Positions 20,576 to 28,669 of a stretch of DNA of 64,000 nt are shown in pieces (the first letter of the stretch is position 1; every line of letters starts with the position of its first letter). This DNA comes from Candidatus Latescibacterota bacterium (GTDB lineage Bacteria > Latescibacterota > UBA2968 > GCA-2709665), in contig OZ220733.1 in NCBI GenBank assembly GCA_965116875.1, forward strand, positions 5,120,001 to 5,184,000, written 5' to 3'. Made by a program: the position numbers and the translations under genes. Below the pieces are notes generated by a model. That model was not told the origin of the DNA and searched no databases. It was given only the letters and a program-made list of their open reading frames with translations.

Positions 20576-20599
20576 GCGATGGGATCCTGGTCATCCCAA

Positions 20600-20680
20600 A
20601 AGACAGAATTCTCGCAGCGTTCCGACAATCTGGCCAGGCTATATTGCGCTGTATCGCCGAATCCGCCGCCAGTTCACCAT
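20600..20680 (-). pseudogene. Degraded 3' end of REP-associated tyrosine transposase (RAYT)
   Basis: Minus strand ELA/RIRRYSAI*PGQ; nucleotide similarity to 22130-22215; adjacent to a GTAG REP. Confidence 0.5.
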
Positions 20681-20734
20681 ATACCTGAAATTCCAGCATA
20701 CGCCGAAAGCCTTCGTTCCCGTCACGGTTCTTCA

Positions 20735-20980
20735 TCATGAATCGCCCTTGGCGCCGGATCGACCGCCATCGCTTGTCCCATCGTCCTGCCGGGGTCGCAC
20801 AATCCGGGACTTCGGAATGTGTGCGAAGTAGGGATCCTTGCCGACGGCCGCATTGAGTTGTCGACGCCGCTCTTCCGGGGACATTCCCGCCAGTTCCGCG
20901 TTGATCCGGTCCCGGACCTCGCGCGTCCACGTTACGCAATCGAAGGATCTCTCGCCGCTTCCGTCCCGCGATGCAGGCAA
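20735..20980 (-). CDS. Small antitoxin-like protein (FDCV family)
   Basis: SFDCVTWTREVRDRINAELAGMSPEERRR; paralogue of 21293-21508. Confidence 0.65.
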   Translation of the reverse strand: MPASRDGSGERSFDCVTWTREVRDRINAELAGMSPEERRRQLNAAVGKDPYFAHIPKSRIVRPRQDDGTSDGGRSGAKGDS

Positions 20981-21127
20981 ACGTGCCGCCTCTCAGGTAT
21001 CGACACGTGGAAACCGCACGGGGTTGATCCGATGCTGCAGTAGATCCTTCGTCGGCTTGGGGGTCGGCACAAAATGATCGTCTGGTGTCAAGTAAAACCT
21101 ATGCACTTCGCGGACGTTGCACCCAGG

Positions 21128-21170
21128 CCCCTTCGACAGGCTCAGGGCAAGTCCTCTGGATGACAGTGGG
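21128..21170. repeat. REP-like unit CCCTTCGACAGGCTCAGGGCAAGTCCTCTGG
   Basis: Same units as the 221-357 cluster. Confidence 0.75.
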
Positions 21171-21292
21171 AAGCCACGTGCATGGCAATCATAAAACATG
21201 CCATTCTAAGCGTACTTGCCTCCTCAGGATGAAGGGTCTCCGTCGCGATATGCGGAACATCACCGGCCTGTACGCTTCAGTTTCCTTTGGGT

Positions 21293-21508
21293 TCAGCCGT
21301 CGGAACTGTCTGTTTGCCTGTCCTGCGCTGATTTGCGTATCTGCGCGGCCATTGCTTCCAGCACAGGGTCGGAATACCGCCTGGAATTGAACCACTCTAT
21401 CCGTTCATCAGCAGTCATATCGGCGGTTTCGGCGGTTATGCGGGCGCGGGCCTGGCGCATGAATTCGACACAGTCGAATTTCTTTTTGCGGCGGGGGCCT
21501 TCAGACAT
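21293..21508 (-). CDS. Small antitoxin-like protein (FDCV family)
   Basis: MSEGPRRKKKFDCVEFMRQARARITAETADMTADERIEW; start overlaps the stop of a PIN-like remnant. Confidence 0.7.
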   Translation of the reverse strand: MSEGPRRKKKFDCVEFMRQARARITAETADMTADERIEWFNSRRYSDPVLEAMAAQIRKSAQDRQTDSSDG

Positions 21509-21634
21509 GGACGATTTCCTCGTGGGCTCGATTGTCGATCGTGGCGTATCCATTATGACAATCGACTTCGTTGCCGGGCCAGATGCGCATGAATCCTTCT
21601 GTTTGGAGAAGGTTTTTGGCCGGGGATCATGGAG

Positions 21635-21883
21635 TTACCCGAAGAGAGTTTCTCGTACCTCGCGTTTGGACAGACCAAGAAACTCCGATACGTCAGCGAC
21701 GATTCCGTCAAGCGTTCCGACGCGCACATCCCGATGTCTCGGTACGGTCACGCTGTGCCGGTTGCCCTCGATTGTCAACGTCACAGTCATGTGGTTGCCT
21801 TTAGTTCGCGTCACGCGGTAGCCATAGTGACGGGTCAGCAGCCTGGCAACCTGGTTTCCTGCGAGGTCGCGTGGTAGCTTCAT
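21635..21883 (-). CDS. hicA: HicA family toxin
   Basis: YGYRVTRTKGNHMT..VTVPRHRDVRVGTLDGIV. Confidence 0.9.
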   Translation of the reverse strand: MKLPRDLAGNQVARLLTRHYGYRVTRTKGNHMTVTLTIEGNRHSVTVPRHRDVRVGTLDGIVADVSEFLGLSKREVRETLFG

Positions 21884-22092
21884 ACGGCAATGGCCTCGAC
21901 TCTGACGAGATGCAGCCTGATCACTCGTGGCATGTTCTCGTCGTCAAAATGACAGCGCACCGCGTCTCGCACCATGTCCTTCAGGTCGGTCCAGTCTTCT
22001 CCCTGCGTGAAGATACTGTGCCCGAGCGCTCTGGCGTCGTATCCGCCTTCAACCGCTTCGGTCACCTCGAAGATGATCTCGCTCGGTTTCAT
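21880..22092 (-). CDS. HicB-like antitoxin
   Basis: EIIFEVTEAVEGGYDARALGHSIFTQGE..MVRDAVRCHF; ATGA overlap with hicA. Confidence 0.85.
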   Translation of the reverse strand: MKPSEIIFEVTEAVEGGYDARALGHSIFTQGEDWTDLKDMVRDAVRCHFDDENMPRVIRLHLVRVEAIAV

Positions 22093-22129
22093 GTGTTTAT
22101 CCTCCGTGGGTCGTAACGATTCTCTGCGT

Positions 22130-22215
22130 CAGGATTCTCGGGGACTTCAGACCATCCGGCCGGGTTATACGCACTGTATTGCCGAATCCGACACAATGTG
22201 GATTCGTTCCGGATT
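22130..22215 (-). pseudogene. Degraded 3' end of RAYT transposase
   Basis: Translates IRNESTLCRIRQYSAYNPAGWSEVPENP, resembling the RAYT C-terminal IRNE..RIRQYI..NP..W...ENP pattern. Confidence 0.65.
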
Positions 22216-22223
22216 CACTCATG

Positions 22224-22248
22224 CGGGCGACCGGCCGGTCGCCCCTAC
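22224..22248. repeat. GTAG-type REP palindrome (second copy)
   Basis: CGGGCGACCGGCCGGTCGCCCCTAC. Confidence 0.8.
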
Positions 22249-22310
22249 AAGACAGAAAGGCGAATCACCCGTGGGGGCGTCGCCTCGGTCGAAGAATACC
22301 ACCGCTTCTC

Positions 22311-23516
22311 TCACCCCCGGTTCCCGCCTCCCCACGCGGACGAGAACTGATCGCCGTCCGCAAAACGGCTGGGACGGAACGGGTGCAGATCGAACGCGGG
22401 CGTCCGGCCGAGTATGACGTCGCTCAGCGAATCGGCAATCGGCGGGCCCAGCTTGAAGCCGTGCCCGCTCCCGCCGAAGAAGGCGTAGTAGCCCTCCAGA
22501 CCCGGCTCGGTTCCAACCAGGGGATGCCAGTCGTCCGCAATGGTATAGACCGACGCCCAGCCCTTCAGGTATGCCCCCTGCCGGAACGCGGGCACCCGTT
22601 CGAAGGTCCCTGACTCGATGCGCCGTCGCGTGGGCGCATCCAGGTCCGGATCGTACGCGTCCACGTCCATCGGCTCCACCTCTTTGGGAAAACTCAGGCC
22701 GGCAAGCAACCCGTTTTCGCCGTCGGGACGAAAATAGATCCGGAGATTGGGATCGGAGACCACGGGAAACGTACCGAATCCCTGCGGCAATCGCATTACC
22801 AGATCGCTCTCCCGGCTCCATCGAACCGAATAGTTCAGGCCCGCGGACAATCCGATATGCCGGCCCCATGGACCCGCCGCGTTGATCACCAGTTCAGTTT
22901 GAATTTTGCCGGCATCCGTCTCCACCCCCGTCACGCGATCGCCGGACAGCCGGATTCGCGTTGCCCCCACGCCCTCGTAACACGCCAGTCCCCAGTCCGC
23001 GGCGCGCGTCACCAGGTTCCGGACCGTCCTGACGGGGTCCGCGTACCCCGACGCGGGTTCGTAGATGCCTGAGACGATCCCGTCCGTGTTTACGCCCGGG
23101 ACGAGTTCCCCGATCTCATCCGTTTCCACCTCCACGGCCCGGGTGTGATTCCGCTGCTCCGCCTCCAGCACCGCCAGGCCGGAGGCCGCGGTATGCTCGC
23201 CCAGAAGACAGATATAACCCGTATTGCGAAAGCCGCAATCTCCCCCCAGCGCCTCCTGTCCGTACGCGAACATCTCCAGCGCCTTCATGGACAACCGGAT
23301 GGTCAGGTCGTTCGAGTAGAAAGTGCGGATCACCGCGGCCGAATGGCCCGTGCTCACGGCGGCCAGCGACCGTTTTTCCAGGAGCGCGACGTCCCCCAGT
23401 CCCTTCTTTGCGAGAAAATGGGCCGCGCTGGCCCCCATGATTCCCCCGCCGATCACAACCGCGTCTGCCACCTTTAGCATCTGCATGCTCCTGTGCGACC
23501 TGTTGCTCCAGTTCAT
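22311..23516 (-). CDS. FAD-dependent oxidoreductase (DAO / sarcosine oxidase beta-like)
   Basis: VIGGGIMG, INAAGPW, DDWHPLVG, GGSGHGFKLGP. Confidence 0.9.
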   Translation of the reverse strand: MNWSNRSHRSMQMLKVADAVVIGGGIMGASAAHFLAKKGLGDVALLEKRSLAAVSTGHSAAVIRTFYSNDLTIRLSMKALEMFAYGQEALGGDCGFRNTGYICLLGEHTAASGLAVLEAEQRNHTRAVEVETDEIGELVPGVNTDGIVSGIYEPASGYADPVRTVRNLVTRAADWGLACYEGVGATRIRLSGDRVTGVETDAGKIQTELVINAAGPWGRHIGLSAGLNYSVRWSRESDLVMRLPQGFGTFPVVSDPNLRIYFRPDGENGLLAGLSFPKEVEPMDVDAYDPDLDAPTRRRIESGTFERVPAFRQGAYLKGWASVYTIADDWHPLVGTEPGLEGYYAFFGGSGHGFKLGPPIADSLSDVILGRTPAFDLHPFRPSRFADGDQFSSAWGGGNRG

Positions 23517-23547
23517 GTTCCCGGATGGCGATCCCCGGCAACGAGGG

Positions 23548-23949
23548 TCAGACCTTCACGAAGACCATGGAAACCTGCGATCCGGCAAGCGACGAAGTCA
23601 ACGTCAGCTCATTCCCGTTGACAGTGGCGTTGGTACCGACAAGACCCAGCGTCGCTGCTTCCTGGAAGAGAATGCTCGATCCCTCTATCGCGTACGTTCC
23701 GTCGGAGTAGCGATCTTCGTGCCCAAGCGACGGGATGCTCAGACTCAGGGAAAAGTCGCCCGTTGTCGTAAGTACAAGCGTGCCGGTTGCTTCGGGCGGA
23801 CGGAGTGTCTGGGTTGCCGCGCCGCTTGCCAGTTGTATCTCGCGGAGCGTATAGGTGCCTGCCAGCGTATCGTAATTCAGCGGATTGTCTTCTCCACAGG
23901 ACATGAACAGCAGTGCCACGACAAACGAAAACGGTTTGAATCTCTTCAT
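23548..23949 (-). CDS. Lipoprotein, lipocalin-like beta-barrel
   Basis: Lipobox LFMSC; LAGTYTL and DGTYAIEG motifs; SD GGAGG. Confidence 0.7.
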   Translation of the reverse strand: MKRFKPFSFVVALLFMSCGEDNPLNYDTLAGTYTLREIQLASGAATQTLRPPEATGTLVLTTTGDFSLSLSIPSLGHEDRYSDGTYAIEGSSILFQEAATLGLVGTNATVNGNELTLTSSLAGSQVSMVFVKV

Positions 23950-23982
23950 CGCGCACCTCCGGGTCCGGCTGTTTATTTGAAT

Positions 23983-24151
23983 CTAATGTCCTGTCCCAAA
24001 AATTCCTCACCATTCGGCCGCCGATTCATCCCGTCTCGCTGCGTTCCCCTCGCTCGCCGACCATACGCAGGTCGCCTGCGCTCGGGCGCCTTGCGATCCG
24101 GGCGACTCAGCGGCCGAATTCAGGCAACTTATTTCCGGGACAGAACACTAG
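23983..24151. mobile_element. MITE-like element (family 2)
   Basis: Terminal inverted repeats CTAATGTCCTGTCCCAAAAAT / ATTTCCGGGACAGAACACTAG (17/21 by eye); no credible ORF. Confidence 0.75.
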
Positions 24152-25011
24152 CGAATGATGTCCTCCAGATACGCCTTGGCCGTTAGCAGCCCCTCCTGAT
24201 TCAGGGCCGTGCTCCCCATATAGCGGTCGTCTTCCAGCTCGATTGCAAGCGGGCCGTCGTAGCCGAACTCTTCCAGGCGCGCCACAATCCAGATCCAGTC
24301 GGCGTCGCCCCAGCCGGGAATGCAATACCGCCACCAGCCTTCCCCGTGTCCATATCGCCTGCCGAAGCTCTGGCCGAGGCTGCCGTACAGATACAGACCG
24401 TCTGAAAGCAGTTCCGTGTCTTTGGCGTGCACGTGCCGGACGCGGTCTCCGAATTCCATCAGCAGACGCTGATGATCCACGCCGATCCGGATGAAATGCG
24501 ACGGATCGTAGCAGATCCCGAGATGGGGGGACGGCACGACCTCGAATACGGCACGGAGCGTTTCTGGCGTGCATCCCAGATTGCCGTAGCCCGGCGCGCC
24601 TCCCGGATAAGGTTCGATGGCAAGATGGACGTCCTGTTGTTCCGCATACGCCACAATCGCGGGATAGACCTCCTTGAAAATCTCGAAACTCTCGGCCCTT
24701 GACTGCATGCCTTCGTCCGGGGACAGGCAGAGAAAAACCACGCCGGAACCGTGGACACCCGTATCGTGGATGCGCCGCTTCATCGCCGCGACCGCCCCCT
24801 GCCGTACCCCGTCGTCCTTGCTCAGCAGGGCGCCGCCCACCCCCCAGTCGACCGTACCGATCGCCAGTCCCGCCCCGTCGAAAACGCCGCGAATTCCGGC
24901 GTCGACTTCCGGGACGTCGACAGATCCGAAACCGCATTCGCTCGCCCACGCCACCACGCCCTCAAGACCCAACTCCCTTCCCATTGGCGGTATCCGCATC
25001 CCAACGTGCAT
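24148..25011 (-). CDS. Sugar phosphate isomerase/epimerase (xylose-isomerase-like TIM barrel)
   Basis: LAIEP, YDPSH, HVHAKD, PGWGDADW, IELED. Confidence 0.9.
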   Translation of the reverse strand: MHVGMRIPPMGRELGLEGVVAWASECGFGSVDVPEVDAGIRGVFDGAGLAIGTVDWGVGGALLSKDDGVRQGAVAAMKRRIHDTGVHGSGVVFLCLSPDEGMQSRAESFEIFKEVYPAIVAYAEQQDVHLAIEPYPGGAPGYGNLGCTPETLRAVFEVVPSPHLGICYDPSHFIRIGVDHQRLLMEFGDRVRHVHAKDTELLSDGLYLYGSLGQSFGRRYGHGEGWWRYCIPGWGDADWIWIVARLEEFGYDGPLAIELEDDRYMGSTALNQEGLLTAKAYLEDIIR

Positions 25012-25071
25012 AATTTCCTCCGTGATATTGGTGATTGAATCGACCGACCGCGTCCCTCGTGACGATTTTTC

Positions 25072-25977
25072 CTAAACCGACCAGAGGTCGCGGATACCGG
25101 CAAGAATCCCATCGAGTTCGGCGTGATCGTGCTTGTCCAGCGGACCGGTCGCGGAGGTCCTTACCCGGGCGGACCGGATCACCCCGCGTCGGCGGAGCAC
25201 CTCTTTATAACCCTGTACGCTGTGCAACGATTCAAAATTCAACAGAGGCAACAGGCGGTTGAACACCTCGCGGGCGCGTGACGCGTCGCCCCCCTGCCAT
25301 GCATTCCATACCGCGGCGTGCACGTCGGGAACGTCGCAGGCCGGCATGGTCCCGGCCGCACCCCGACTCATTTCGTCAATCAGGAATCGTCCGGCAGCGC
25401 CCCCGAACACACCCTCCACCGAATCCCCGCAGGCTGCGATATCCGCCGAAACCGAATGCGTAACCGGGGGGACTTCCTCTTTGACGTAAAGCACGCGTTC
25501 GATTTCGCTTGATATCCGACCCAACAGCGCGGGCGACATCGGCACCCCGATCGGCAGCGGATAGTTCTGTACGAATATCGGCAGTTCCGTCGCCGCGGAG
25601 AGCGCCTCGTAATACGCCCGCACGCCATCGGCCGGAGGTTTGGAGACATAGGGCGGCATGGCGATCACGGCGTCGGCCCCGGCATCGGACGCGTGTTTCG
25701 CCAGCCAGACGGCCACCTGGGCGCTCACGCCGGACACGCCGGCAACGAAAGGCAGCCGGCCCCGCGCCGTCCTGCCCACGACTTCGATCAAGCGCAATCG
25801 TTCCGGATCGGACAACGCGCTGAATTCGCTTGCGTTCGCGGGCGTGACCAGCCCGTGCGCTCCCGCCGCGATCGAGAATTCCACAACGGACTTCAACCCG
25901 TCTTCGTCAATCGAACCGTCGTCCGTAAACGGTGTTGCCAGAATGACGAACACCCCCCGAAACGGCCGCCCCGCCAT
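25072..25977 (-). CDS. Dihydrodipicolinate synthase family (class I aldolase)
   Basis: TPFTDDGSID, ANASEF, MPPY, VQNY, YVKEE. Confidence 0.9.
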   Translation of the reverse strand: MAGRPFRGVFVILATPFTDDGSIDEDGLKSVVEFSIAAGAHGLVTPANASEFSALSDPERLRLIEVVGRTARGRLPFVAGVSGVSAQVAVWLAKHASDAGADAVIAMPPYVSKPPADGVRAYYEALSAATELPIFVQNYPLPIGVPMSPALLGRISSEIERVLYVKEEVPPVTHSVSADIAACGDSVEGVFGGAAGRFLIDEMSRGAAGTMPACDVPDVHAAVWNAWQGGDASRAREVFNRLLPLLNFESLHSVQGYKEVLRRRGVIRSARVRTSATGPLDKHDHAELDGILAGIRDLWSV

Positions 25978-26032
25978 TCATCTCCCCTCTCGCTCTTGAT
26001 TGGACGTTCAACCCAACCCAACCCCCCATCCA

Positions 26033-26060
26033 ATGGTAAGGTTGAGTAGGGAGATGTCAA
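26033..26060 (-). promoter_or_regulatory. Putative sigma70 promoter for the DHDPS-isomerase operon
   Basis: Minus strand TTGACA-16 nt-TACCAT. Confidence 0.55.
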
Positions 26061-26085
26061 GCGGAAAATCCCCCCGATAATTCGA

Positions 26086-26114
26086 TTGACTTACTCCGGA
26101 CCCCGGCCTACCAT
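26086..26114 (+). promoter_or_regulatory. Putative sigma70 promoter (divergent) for the nucleotidyltransferase gene
   Basis: TTGACT-17 nt-TACCAT. Confidence 0.55.
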
Positions 26115-26155
26115 ATTCAAATATCACGCGCAAACCTCCATTTGCCGGGTTACCC

Positions 26156-26893
26156 ATGCAGGTCGATCCACGGAGACTTCAGGAACTGCACAGCTTCATG
26201 AACGCGCTCGAACCCGGCGGACCGTCGCGGGCGGCTCTGTTGCTCAGAGCGGCGAAGGGTCTCAACCGGCCGGGCGGCAGCCTGGTTGTGATGGATGCCT
26301 CTTTCAACCCGATGACCCTTGCCCACGAAGCCATGATGAACCGGGCATCGGAATCCTGCCGGGCCGGCGAAGCGCTGCTGTTGCTGTCACACGCAAATGT
26401 CGACAAACCCATCTACGGGGCGTCGCTGGCACAGCGGCTGGCCATGCTCGAACACTATGCAAAACCGTATTCGAACGTCTCAGTGGCCGGCTGCAGCCAC
26501 GCCCGGTTCGTGGACAAAGCCAGCGCACTGCGTCCCCTCTATCCCGATTCGACCGATCTGAATTTCGTCGTCGGTTACGACACGCTACTGAGAATCTTCG
26601 ATCCGAGGTACTATTCCAACCTCGAGGACGAGCTCGCCGCACTCTTCGACCGCGCCTACGTCATCGCCGCCAACCGCGACAATATCGGCAAGGAAACCAT
26701 GCGAAGGCTGGAGAAAAGCCCGGAATTTGCGGCATTTTCAGATAGAATCCGTTTCATCAGGCTGGACGGCGCCTATTCGCGGATATCTTCAACCGAGGTC
26801 CGGGACCTCAGACGAAATGGCGTGGCAATCCGTCACCTTGTCCCGTCCAGCGTGGCGGACGCCATCGATGCGCTCGACCTGTATCGTGTCTGA
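26156..26893 (+). CDS. NMN/NaMN adenylyltransferase-like (cytidylyltransferase fold)
   Basis: DASFNPMTLAH, NVDK, VVGYDTLLRIFDPRYY, ISSTEVR. Confidence 0.8.
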   Translation: MQVDPRRLQELHSFMNALEPGGPSRAALLLRAAKGLNRPGGSLVVMDASFNPMTLAHEAMMNRASESCRAGEALLLLSHANVDKPIYGASLAQRLAMLEHYAKPYSNVSVAGCSHARFVDKASALRPLYPDSTDLNFVVGYDTLLRIFDPRYYSNLEDELAALFDRAYVIAANRDNIGKETMRRLEKSPEFAAFSDRIRFIRLDGAYSRISSTEVRDLRRNGVAIRHLVPSSVADAIDALDLYRV

Positions 26894-27000
26894 CGGTATG
26901 GCGGGTGCGGCACGGCGGCGACGGACGCTCTCCGGCGTCGGTAAAGCCTGTAAACTTTTGACTGTGAGAACCCCTTGAAAGTTCCACGGGAGGAAATTGA

Positions 27001-28632
27001 ATGAACGGCGCGGATCTGCTGGTGGCGGAACTACAGCAAAAGGGGGTCGCCTTCGTTGCAACCCTGTGCGGTCACGGTCTGGACGACCTGGACGACGCGT
27101 GCGACCGGGCGGGAATGCGGCTTGTGGACGTGCGAAACGAGCAGGCCGCGGGATATATCGCCGAAGCCGTGGGACGCCTCAGCCGCACAGTGGGCGTTTG
27201 CGCCGTCAGCAGCGGCGTGGCGCACGTGAACGCGCTCACCGGCGCCTGCAACGCCCATTTCGACGGCGCGCCGATGCTGCTCATCACCGGGAGCGGACCT
27301 TTCCGAACCTCGGGACTCGGTCACTTCCAGGACCTGGACCAGGTTGCCATCGCTGCGCCCCTGTGCAAGTACGCGGAAACCATCCGCCATCCGGAGCGAA
27401 TACCGCAGATGCTGCACGAGGCCTTCGAAGCCGCGATATCCGGCAGACCGGGACCCGTGCACCTGACCGTTCCCCAGGACGTCCTCGACGCCGAAATCCG
27501 CGCCGACGCGGTCGTGCGCGTTCACAATACCGGCCATCCGGCGCCCACCGTCGCGTTGGGGCATCCGGGAGGAATCGACCGGATCGCGGATCTGATCTCA
27601 CAGTCGGCCCGTCCCCTTCTGATTGCCGGCGGCGGGACACACTATGCCGACGGCGGCGACGCGCTGGCGGAATTCTCCCGATTTCTGGCTGTTCCCGTGG
27701 TGGTTCCGATCTGGGACCGCGGCGCCGTCCCGCGGCCCATAGAGACCTTTATGGGCGTTGTCGGCGCGGCAAGCGGGGGACCCCGGCTCCTGTCCGATGC
27801 AGACCTGGTTCTGGTGGCAGGCGCGGTCTGCGACTACCGGATCGGCTACCTTCAACCGCCTGCCGTGCATCCCGACGCAACCATCGTGCGCATCCACGCG
27901 GATGCCTTCCATCTCAATCAGGGCGCGGGCGCTCACCATCGCCTGACGGCAGATCCCGGGTCCGCGCTCAGCCAGCTGACCGAGGCCGCGAAATCACGGA
28001 AGATCGCGCCCAGGACGGCCTGGCTCCAGGAAGCCGCCAGGCGGCGGGACGCGTTTCAACGGCGGTGTCTGGCCGCACGCAAAGGAAACGGCCTGCACGC
28101 GCTGGACATCATCAACGCCGTTCAGGCCGTCCTGACCGACGATACCATTGTCATCATCGACGGCGGCAACATCGGACAGTGGGCCCACCAGGTCCTCTGC
28201 GACCGGTATCCCGGCCACTGGCTCACCTGCGGCGCAAGCGGCGTTGTCGGCTACGGGATCCCGGCGGCGATGGCCGCACGCCTCCTGTACCCGGAACGGC
28301 ACGTCATCCTCATTTCCGGTGACGGCGCGCTCACGTTCACCGTCGCCGAACTCGAGGCCGCCTCCCGACAGAAACTGCCCTTCGTGGTCCTGCTGGCCGA
28401 CGACGAAGCGTGGGGAATCACACTTTCCGGGCACGAGGCGCGTTACGGCCGCGGCATCACCTCCGAACTGGGTCCGATCGACTACGCGGGGATGGCGGAA
28501 GCCTTTGGCGCGGACGGCACACGCATCGAACACGCCCGCCAGATCCTGCCCGCGCTTCGGGACGGTCTGGACGCGGAACGGCCCACGCTGATCCACGTTC
28601 CGGTGCCCCGGAGCAGTCCCGCTGACAAATAA
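27001..28632 (+). CDS. Thiamine pyrophosphate-binding protein (ALS / 2-hydroxyacyl-CoA lyase-like)
   Basis: VRNEQAAGYIA, GRPGPVHL, GVVGYGIPAA, GDGAL. Confidence 0.9.
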   Translation: MNGADLLVAELQQKGVAFVATLCGHGLDDLDDACDRAGMRLVDVRNEQAAGYIAEAVGRLSRTVGVCAVSSGVAHVNALTGACNAHFDGAPMLLITGSGPFRTSGLGHFQDLDQVAIAAPLCKYAETIRHPERIPQMLHEAFEAAISGRPGPVHLTVPQDVLDAEIRADAVVRVHNTGHPAPTVALGHPGGIDRIADLISQSARPLLIAGGGTHYADGGDALAEFSRFLAVPVVVPIWDRGAVPRPIETFMGVVGAASGGPRLLSDADLVLVAGAVCDYRIGYLQPPAVHPDATIVRIHADAFHLNQGAGAHHRLTADPGSALSQLTEAAKSRKIAPRTAWLQEAARRRDAFQRRCLAARKGNGLHALDIINAVQAVLTDDTIVIIDGGNIGQWAHQVLCDRYPGHWLTCGASGVVGYGIPAAMAARLLYPERHVILISGDGALTFTVAELEAASRQKLPFVVLLADDEAWGITLSGHEARYGRGITSELGPIDYAGMAEAFGADGTRIEHARQILPALRDGLDAERPTLIHVPVPRSSPADK

Positions 28633-28669
28633 CGGCTGCATCGGTCGCCTGAAATCGAGGGCTTCGATT

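Noticed and set aside
16367-22250. Integron cassette array explaining the TA cluster
   Set aside because: No intI gene and no repeated attC-like GTTRRRY/RYYYAAC pairs recognised between genes
26894-27000. TPP riboswitch upstream of the TPP-binding enzyme gene
   Set aside because: Only a TGAGA-like word is present; the conserved CTGAGA..ACCTGA..GCGTAGG architecture is not seen
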